This document shows positions 1 through 4,616 of a DNA stretch of 4,616 nucleotides, in pieces; positions within the stretch are counted from its first letter, which is position 1, and each line of letters begins with the position of its first letter. Position numbers and translations under genes: made by a program. Origin of the DNA: Naegleria gruberi (Eukaryota); assembly GCA_000004985.1 (NCBI GenBank), contig GG739176.1; one strand, given 5' to 3'. The notes below the pieces were generated by a model. It had not been told where the DNA came from and did not search any database. It saw only the letters and a program-made list of their open reading frames with translations.

Positions 1-633
1 ATTTATATTAATAATTTTAATATAAATGATAATAATATTATTTTAGAAAATATAAAATATTTAAAAATTGAAAATGTTACAACAATTTCCTTTTTAAAAT
101 ATTTAACAAAATTAAATTATTTATCAATTAAATTTAATGTTGATTTAAATAATGTTATTAAAAATACATCTTTCATTAATTGTTCAAATTTAGAAACATT
201 AAAATTAAAATCAAGAAGTGATAATTTTAATTTAAAGTTAAATTTTTATAAAAATAATATAAATGAAGATTTAGAAATTAATTTATTATCAATTTATTTA
301 AATTTAAAATCAATTTGTAAAACATCTTTAAATATAAAATCTATTAAATTTATTAATAATTATGATAATGATTCTATTATTGAATTAATTACTAATAATA
401 GTAATTTTAAAAATTTAAAAGAATTAGAATGTAATATATTTATTGATACAGCATTTAAATTATTTAAATTAAATAATATTAAATATTTAACTTTAAATTT
501 AAATACTTTTAATAATAAAATAATTAAATTTATTGGAAATGTAAAAGAATTGGAACAATTAATTATTAATTTAGAATATGGATATTATAGTGAACAATTA
601 ATATCATTTCAAAGTCCATATCATTTATTATAA
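1..633 (+). CDS. 3' terminal part of a protein-coding gene whose 5' end lies upstream of the window. Product is an Asn/Ile/Leu-rich leucine-rich-repeat-like protein (C-terminal ~210 aa). Stop is TAA at 631-633.
   Basis: Frame 1 is open for 210 codons from base 1 to TAA 631-633 in DNA that is ~85% A+T. In such DNA a stop-free frame of this length is very unlikely by chance. There is no in-frame ATG, which explains its absence from the ORF track. Translation (IYINNFNINDNNIILENIKYLKIENVTTISFLKYLTKLNYLSIKFNVDLNNV...CSNLETLKLKS...NFKNLKELECNIF...NNIKYLTLNLNTFNNKIIKFIGNVKELEQLIINLEYGYYSEQLISFQSPYHLL*) shows a recurring L..L.L..N/L..L..L.. spacing typical of LRR-type repeats. Codon usage (aat, tta, aaa, att) is Dictyostelium-like. 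Confidence 0.6.
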   Translation: MYINNFNINDNNIILENIKYLKIENVTTISFLKYLTKLNYLSIKFNVDLNNVIKNTSFINCSNLETLKLKSRSDNFNLKLNFYKNNINEDLEINLLSIYLNLKSICKTSLNIKSIKFINNYDNDSIIELITNNSNFKNLKELECNIFIDTAFKLFKLNNIKYLTLNLNTFNNKIIKFIGNVKELEQLIINLEYGYYSEQLISFQSPYHLL

Positions 634-688
634 ATGTAATATTTATATTTTCAAAAAGATGGAATAATAATGAAGGGAAATTATTCAG

Positions 689-694
689 AATAAA
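689..694 (+). promoter_or_regulatory. Candidate polyadenylation signal (AATAAA) in the 3' UTR of the plus-strand gene
   Basis: AATAAA hexamer lies 56 nt after the TAA stop at 631-633, on the coding strand. Such hexamers are common by chance in A+T-rich DNA, so confidence is low. Confidence 0.3.
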
Positions 695-765
695 AAGATG
701 GTAATTTTATTAAAAATATAAACAAACACTCTACATTTTTATTAAATATTAATAATAATTAGTTT

Positions 766-2153
766 NNNNNNNNNNNNNNNNNNNNNNNNNNNNNNNNNNN
801 NNNNNNNNNNNNNNNNNNNNNNNNNNNNNNNNNNNNNNNNNNNNNNNNNNNNNNNNNNNNNNNNNNNNNNNNNNNNNNNNNNNNNNNNNNNNNNNNNNNN
901 NNNNNNNNNNNNNNNNNNNNNNNNNNNNNNNNNNNNNNNNNNNNNNNNNNNNNNNNNNNNNNNNNNNNNNNNNNNNNNNNNNNNNNNNNNNNNNNNNNNN
1001 NNNNNNNNNNNNNNNNNNNNNNNNNNNNNNNNNNNNNNNNNNNNNNNNNNNNNNNNNNNNNNNNNNNNNNNNNNNNNNNNNNNNNNNNNNNNNNNNNNNN
1101 NNNNNNNNNNNNNNNNNNNNNNNNNNNNNNNNNNNNNNNNNNNNNNNNNNNNNNNNNNNNNNNNNNNNNNNNNNNNNNNNNNNNNNNNNNNNNNNNNNNN
1201 NNNNNNNNNNNNNNNNNNNNNNNNNNNNNNNNNNNNNNNNNNNNNNNNNNNNNNNNNNNNNNNNNNNNNNNNNNNNNNNNNNNNNNNNNNNNNNNNNNNN
1301 NNNNNNNNNNNNNNNNNNNNNNNNNNNNNNNNNNNNNNNNNNNNNNNNNNNNNNNNNNNNNNNNNNNNNNNNNNNNNNNNNNNNNNNNNNNNNNNNNNNN
1401 NNNNNNNNNNNNNNNNNNNNNNNNNNNNNNNNNNNNNNNNNNNNNNNNNNNNNNNNNNNNNNNNNNNNNNNNNNNNNNNNNNNNNNNNNNNNNNNNNNNN
1501 NNNNNNNNNNNNNNNNNNNNNNNNNNNNNNNNNNNNNNNNNNNNNNNNNNNNNNNNNNNNNNNNNNNNNNNNNNNNNNNNNNNNNNNNNNNNNNNNNNNN
1601 NNNNNNNNNNNNNNNNNNNNNNNNNNNNNNNNNNNNNNNNNNNNNNNNNNNNNNNNNNNNNNNNNNNNNNNNNNNNNNNNNNNNNNNNNNNNNNNNNNNN
1701 NNNNNNNNNNNNNNNNNNNNNNNNNNNNNNNNNNNNNNNNNNNNNNNNNNNNNNNNNNNNNNNNNNNNNNNNNNNNNNNNNNNNNNNNNNNNNNNNNNNN
1801 NNNNNNNNNNNNNNNNNNNNNNNNNNNNNNNNNNNNNNNNNNNNNNNNNNNNNNNNNNNNNNNNNNNNNNNNNNNNNNNNNNNNNNNNNNNNNNNNNNNN
1901 NNNNNNNNNNNNNNNNNNNNNNNNNNNNNNNNNNNNNNNNNNNNNNNNNNNNNNNNNNNNNNNNNNNNNNNNNNNNNNNNNNNNNNNNNNNNNNNNNNNN
2001 NNNNNNNNNNNNNNNNNNNNNNNNNNNNNNNNNNNNNNNNNNNNNNNNNNNNNNNNNNNNNNNNNNNNNNNNNNNNNNNNNNNNNNNNNNNNNNNNNNNN
2101 NNNNNNNNNNNNNNNNNNNNNNNNNNNNNNNNNNNNNNNNNNNNNNNNNNNNN
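766..2153. other. Assembly gap (1,388 consecutive N), probably an unsequenced scaffold join
   Basis: Uninterrupted run of n from 766 to 2153. ORF-track entries translated through it (poly-X) are artefacts. Confidence 0.99.
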
Positions 2154-2521
2154 TGACTACTACCATATATAGCATTTACATTTGCACCTTTACTTAATAA
2201 TAATTCTATTGCTTGCATTTGTTCTTTCATATCATCCCATCCAAGCAATACTTTATGTATTACTCCATATTCTTCATAGGCTCCCCATACTCCTTCTATT
2301 CTTTTATTATAGAATGCATTGGCTCCTTTTTCTATTAATAATAATTTTAATCTATTAAAATCTCTATTAATAGCACTATCTAATAATTCATCATCAAGTG
2401 TTTTTTTAATTTCTTCTTCTTCTTCATTAAATTCTTCTTCTTCTTCTTCTTCCTCTTCATTATATTCTTCTTCTTGTTGTTGTTGATCATTTAATTGATC
2501 AGATTGTGAATCTTGTGACAT
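2154..2521 (-). CDS. 5' part (122 codons visible) of a gene for an ankyrin-repeat protein with an acidic/poly-Gln N-terminal low-complexity region. The 3' remainder is lost in the assembly gap.
   Basis: ATG at 2521-2519 on the minus strand sits in an A-rich context (tttaaaaaaATGtca) typical of Dictyostelium starts. The frame is open to the gap edge. Translation is MSQDSQSDQLNDQQQQEEEYNEEEEEEEEEFNEEEEEIKKTLDDELLDSAINRDFNRLKLLLIEKGANAFYNKRIEGVWGAYEEYGVIHKVLLGWDDMKEQMQAIELLLSKGANVNAIYGSS. The segments LLDSAINRDFNRLKLLLIEKGAN and MQAIELLLSKGANVNA fit the ankyrin consensus (..LH.A...G....V..LL..GA..N). The C-terminus and total length are unknown because of the gap. Confidence 0.6.
2411..2486. repeat. 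Imperfect trinucleotide microsatellite, (TTC)n followed by (TTG)4 on the plus strand, which is (GAA)n/(CAA)n on the coding strand
   Basis: ttcttcttcttcttc (2411-2425), ttcttcttcttcttcttcttcctcttc (2433-2459), ttcttcttc (2466-2474) and ttgttgttgttg (2475-2486). These encode the Glu-rich and Gln4 tracts at the N-terminus of the minus-strand ankyrin-repeat gene. Confidence 0.85.
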
Positions 2522-2634
2522 TTTTTAAATTGATTATAATTTTATTAATATTTTAGTGATTAAAAGGTTCTTTACAAAATTGTTCCATGTTCCTTGACTT
2601 TTTGAACTTTGTCAATACAACCTTCTGAAAAACC
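2522..2634 (-). promoter_or_regulatory. Putative 5' UTR and core promoter of the minus-strand ankyrin-repeat gene
   Basis: Reading the minus strand upstream of the ATG gives ...cactaaaatattaataaaattataatcaatttaaaaaaATG. This contains TATA-like A/T blocks (tattaataaaattataat) and an oligo-A run abutting the ATG. Position and composition only; no transcript data. Confidence 0.25.
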
Positions 2635-2657
2635 AGACAATATTTATTATTTCAAAC

Positions 2658-3352
2658 TTAAAGCCACAGACGTCTGACAGTTTCAAAATAATCAATAGGG
2701 TAACCAGTGGTTGCAGACCATTCCTCATTGGTTAACTCGTCTGGATTACTGTACCATAAGCTAAATACACGTGTTCTTTTTGGTCTCCAGCTATGTGATC
2801 GAAGAGAGATGTTCTGTGATAAATTAACAATTCAGTATTCTTATTCTTCAAATAATTGATTCTTTCCTCCTCAGTTGAGCTGAATGGTGAAATATATTGA
2901 TTTCTTTGGATGGTATCTCTTCTATTGGTATTCTTTTGATGATCAATGAATTAATAAACAGAGCTTGGCTGTATTATCCAAACTTTCCAAGTGTATTATT
3001 GTAATCAGCAGTGCTTTGATCCACTGGGAGAGTAAAGTAGATTCTCCACAATTTTCCATATACTTTTCCTTCTTTCTCTTAATAAAAGAATGGACCATTT
3101 GTTCAGAATCAATACCAATGAATTCGTACCACATATCACGGTTAACTTGATCATAATTGGAATCAGTGAAACAGAATCTTAATCTTATAAATTATTGAGT
3201 AAAATTCTCTGGTGTACCAACATTTATGTAACCTTCATTGATAGCAAATACTCTCTGAATATAATACCTGTCCTGGAACAAGAACTGTCGATATCATTCC
3301 AAGCTTTGGAAAGGGTTGCAGACATTAGTGAGGAACATTGGAGGGTTTCTCG
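2658..3352 (-). pseudogene. Disrupted protein-like reading frames on the minus strand inside a GC/CpG-rich island. This is a candidate pseudogene or remnant of an inserted element, and its family is not recognised.
   Basis: Minus-strand segments were read in order, naming the three minus-strand reading frames by plus-strand coordinate modulo 3. Segment E is RETLQCSSLMSATLSKAWNDIDSSCSRTGIIFREYLLSMKVT (3352-3227). Segment A is YRQFLFQDRYYIQRVFAINEGYINVGTPENFTQ (3293-3195), bounded by TGA 3294-3296 and TAA 3192-3194. Segment B, in the same frame, is FIRLRFCFTDSNYDQVNRDMWYEFIGIDSEQMVHSFIKRKKEKYMENCGESTLLSQWIKALLITIIHLESLDNTAKLCLLIH (3191-2946), with TGA at 2943-2945. Segment C is 73 codons in frame 2, FIDHQKNTNRRDTIQRNQYISPFSSTEEERINYLKNKNTELLIYHRTSLFDHIAGDQKEHVYLAYGTVIQTS (about 2951-2735). 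Segment D returns to frame 0: IVNLSQNISLRSHSWRPKRTRVFSLWYSNPDELTNEEWSATTGYPIDYFETVRRLWL, ending at TAA 2658-2660. B and D share a genomic frame and are linked through C by two compensating shifts. A and B are separated by a single in-frame TAA. Local G+C is about 35-40% with several CpGs, against about 15-30% elsewhere. Confidence 0.3.
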
Positions 3353-3470
3353 TCAAAAGATGAAGCCAGTTTTAGGAACCCAAACATAATTAGACAATAT
3401 AATCTCTTCCTTTTTAAAATTGTGCAATTTTGAAAAACAATATGTGCAATGTTGAGAGCTAGTAGTAACT

Positions 3471-3476
3471 TTTAAT
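3471..3476 (-). promoter_or_regulatory. Possible variant polyadenylation signal (ATTAAA on the minus strand) downstream of the large minus-strand gene
   Basis: Plus-strand tttaat at 3471-3476 is ATTAAA on the minus strand, 16 nt after the TAA stop (3492-3494). It is weak because it lies close to the stop and such hexamers are common in A+T-rich DNA. Confidence 0.15.
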
Positions 3477-3491
3477 GAAAATAGAACTATT

Positions 3492-4616
3492 TTACTTTTT
3501 ATAGTAATTGAGAATAGTTGTAAAATTACTTTCCTTGCCATATTTCTCAATAAATTTTTCCAACATTGGAACAATTTCCTGTTCTAATCCTAGATTTTTC
3601 ATTGACATGCAAGCATAGTTTGTTGCACTGACTAGAAGGACAAGATTAGTTTGTGATTCGAATGGTTCCATCAATTGGAAAATACGTAATACCTCTTCAT
3701 CATTGGCAAATCTGAATTCTAAAGTCATTTTCAAGAGTAATAATGGGAAATGAGTTTGTTTTTTTGAATAATATTCCACTTGTTTGAATAATTCTACTGC
3801 CATTCGTGGATCTTCCTGTTTTGATAAGACTACACATTTCCAAAATAATAGAGGAAAGAATTTGAAATCTTTGATTATTTCAAGGTTGGATGGTTGTTCA
3901 TTCTTGAATACATTAAATTTCTCAGTTCTTTTCAATAATTCAACTTTGGCAGGTGATTTGGCTAAGAGTTCTAAACATTTGGATCCATAAATAAAATCTT
4001 TAGCACTATCTCCAAAATATCCCTTAAATACTAAAATATAAGGATTGGATGGTGTTTTTTTTTCTTCCTCTTCAATAACTGAGAGTACTTTCCATTGATC
4101 TTCAATTGTTTGGTGGTCTGCATGTGTTTTAAAAATATTGTACATTCCATTTAGGTTTACAGGTAGTTCAGTTTCCCAATCTAAACACGAATCAAATTCA
4201 TTCTCAGTGTAAACTTTACCTAAAACTTTTGTCCAACTTGATTCCAATGAAAATTCATCACTACCTTGAGCTGATGTTATGTATAATTGTTTAACTTTAG
4301 GATAATGCTTTACAAATAATTTCATGTATTGTAAAGCAGTTACAGGATCATTTTGGTCTAGTGCAGAGAAAATGATTGGAATTAAACAAATCAATTTCTC
4401 TCTTGTAAATGGAACTTGTTCATTTACAAAATCCTTTGAATTCAATTCCCATAAACAATATAAATAGGTCACTGGATCATTTTCAACCAAATCTTTACCA
4501 TCAATTTGAACTCCTGTAAGTGGATTTGGAAAGTATGGTTTCAAATCTTTAAATGAATACCATCCTTGAACAATACCTTTCAGTAAATGTGCAAAAAATT
4601 GAGAATATTGAATCAA
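3492..4616 (-). CDS. C-terminal 374 codons of a large protein-coding gene whose 5' end lies beyond the window edge. The product is predicted to be a helical/repeat-type protein of unrecognised family.
   Basis: Minus-strand frame is open for 1,125 nt from the window edge to TAA (plus 3492-3494). G+C is about 30% with A/T-biased third positions, consistent with Dictyostelium coding DNA. The translation is non-repetitive and mixed hydrophobic/charged (...LICLIPIIFSALDQNDPVTALQYMKLFVKHYPKVKQLYITSAQGSDEF...FPLLLLKMTLEFRFANDEEVLRIFQLMEPFESQTNLVLLVSATNYACMSMKNLGLEQEIVPMLEKFIEKYGKESNFTTILNYYKK*). The leading M in the ORF track is a TTG at the window edge, not a real start. Confidence 0.7.
   Translation of the reverse strand: MIQYSQFFAHLLKGIVQGWYSFKDLKPYFPNPLTGVQIDGKDLVENDPVTYLYCLWELNSKDFVNEQVPFTREKLICLIPIIFSALDQNDPVTALQYMKLFVKHYPKVKQLYITSAQGSDEFSLESSWTKVLGKVYTENEFDSCLDWETELPVNLNGMYNIFKTHADHQTIEDQWKVLSVIEEEEKKTPSNPYILVFKGYFGDSAKDFIYGSKCLELLAKSPAKVELLKRTEKFNVFKNEQPSNLEIIKDFKFFPLLFWKCVVLSKQEDPRMAVELFKQVEYYSKKQTHFPLLLLKMTLEFRFANDEEVLRIFQLMEPFESQTNLVLLVSATNYACMSMKNLGLEQEIVPMLEKFIEKYGKESNFTTILNYYKK

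Noticed and set aside
742-2175. ORF-track entries 742..2175 (-) and the poly-X portion of 749..2521 (-)
   Set aside because: These are translated through the run of Ns and are not real sequence. Only 2154-2521 of the second entry is supported.
2690-2760. tRNA-like AGTGG D-loop motif (taaccagtggttgcagacc) inside the GC-rich island, and gttcagaatc at 3101-3110 resembling a T-loop
   Set aside because: Neither motif is accompanied by the rest of a cloverleaf. There is no acceptor stem pairing, no anticodon arm at the right spacing, and no GTTCGAATC/GTTCAAATC T-loop within 70-90 nt on either strand. No tRNA is called.
2965-3150. Plus-strand 61-codon ORF (TTG start) LAVLSKLSKCIIVISSALIHWESKVDSPQFSIYFSFFLLIKEWTICSESIPMNSYHISRLT
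   Set aside because: It has no ATG and the peptide is hydrophobic and low in information, not protein-like. It lies antisense to the more protein-like minus-strand segment B, so it is probably an antisense shadow frame.
3195-3389. Plus-strand 64-codon ORF MSKILWCTNIYVTFIDSKYSLNIIPVLEQELSISFQALERVADISEEHWRVSRQKMKPVLGTQT
   Set aside because: It is antisense to minus-strand segments A and E. I cannot exclude that the plus strand is the true ancestral coding strand of the island. The minus-strand reading gives longer and more protein-like segments and matches the orientation of both neighbouring genes. It is kept only as an alternative within the island finding.
3353-3574. Minus-strand 73-codon ORF MFQCWKNLLRNMARKV...
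   Set aside because: It overlaps the 3' end of the strongly supported 3492-4616 gene out of frame and runs through its A+T-rich 3' UTR. The peptide is Phe/Lys/Ile-rich and not protein-like, so it is spurious.
3784-3990. Plus-strand 68-codon ORF inside the large minus-strand gene
   Set aside because: It lies entirely antisense within a much longer, well-supported CDS and has typical antisense-frame composition.
1-4616. Prokaryotic features (CRISPR arrays, RBS-led operons, defence islands)
   Set aside because: There are no direct-repeat/spacer arrays and no Shine-Dalgarno-spaced starts. Composition and coding style are eukaryotic (amoebozoan), so the window is not a prokaryotic accessory region.

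Overview
The window looks like nuclear DNA from a social amoeba (Dictyostelium-like), not a prokaryote. Outside coding regions it is about 80-85% A+T, coding tracts contain Asn/Gln/Glu homopolymer runs, the visible minus-strand start codon has an A-rich (AAAAAATG) context, and no prokaryotic signals are present. Features in order: (1) bases 1-633 are the 3' end of a plus-strand gene for an Asn/Leu/Ile-rich leucine-rich-repeat-like protein, with its 3' UTR at 634-765 including an AATAAA motif. (2) Bases 766-2153 are a 1,388-base assembly gap of Ns. (3) Bases 2154-2521 are the 5' end of a minus-strand gene. Its product has an acidic/poly-Q N-terminus followed by ankyrin repeats, and the rest of the gene is lost in the gap. 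(4) Bases 2644-3391 form a compositionally anomalous island of about 750 bp (~35-40% G+C, several CpGs). It carries protein-like reading frames on the minus strand that are broken by in-frame TAA/TGA stops and two compensating frameshifts, and it is bracketed by a 9-bp direct repeat and an A-rich tract. This is the most interesting object in the window: a candidate pseudogene, retroposed copy, inserted element or foreign fragment. (5) Bases 3492-4616 are the C-terminal 374 codons of a large minus-strand gene for an alpha-helical protein of unrecognised family, with its 5' end beyond the window. No rRNA, tRNA, CRISPR or prokaryotic defence system is present. I could not identify any family with certainty from sequence alone.
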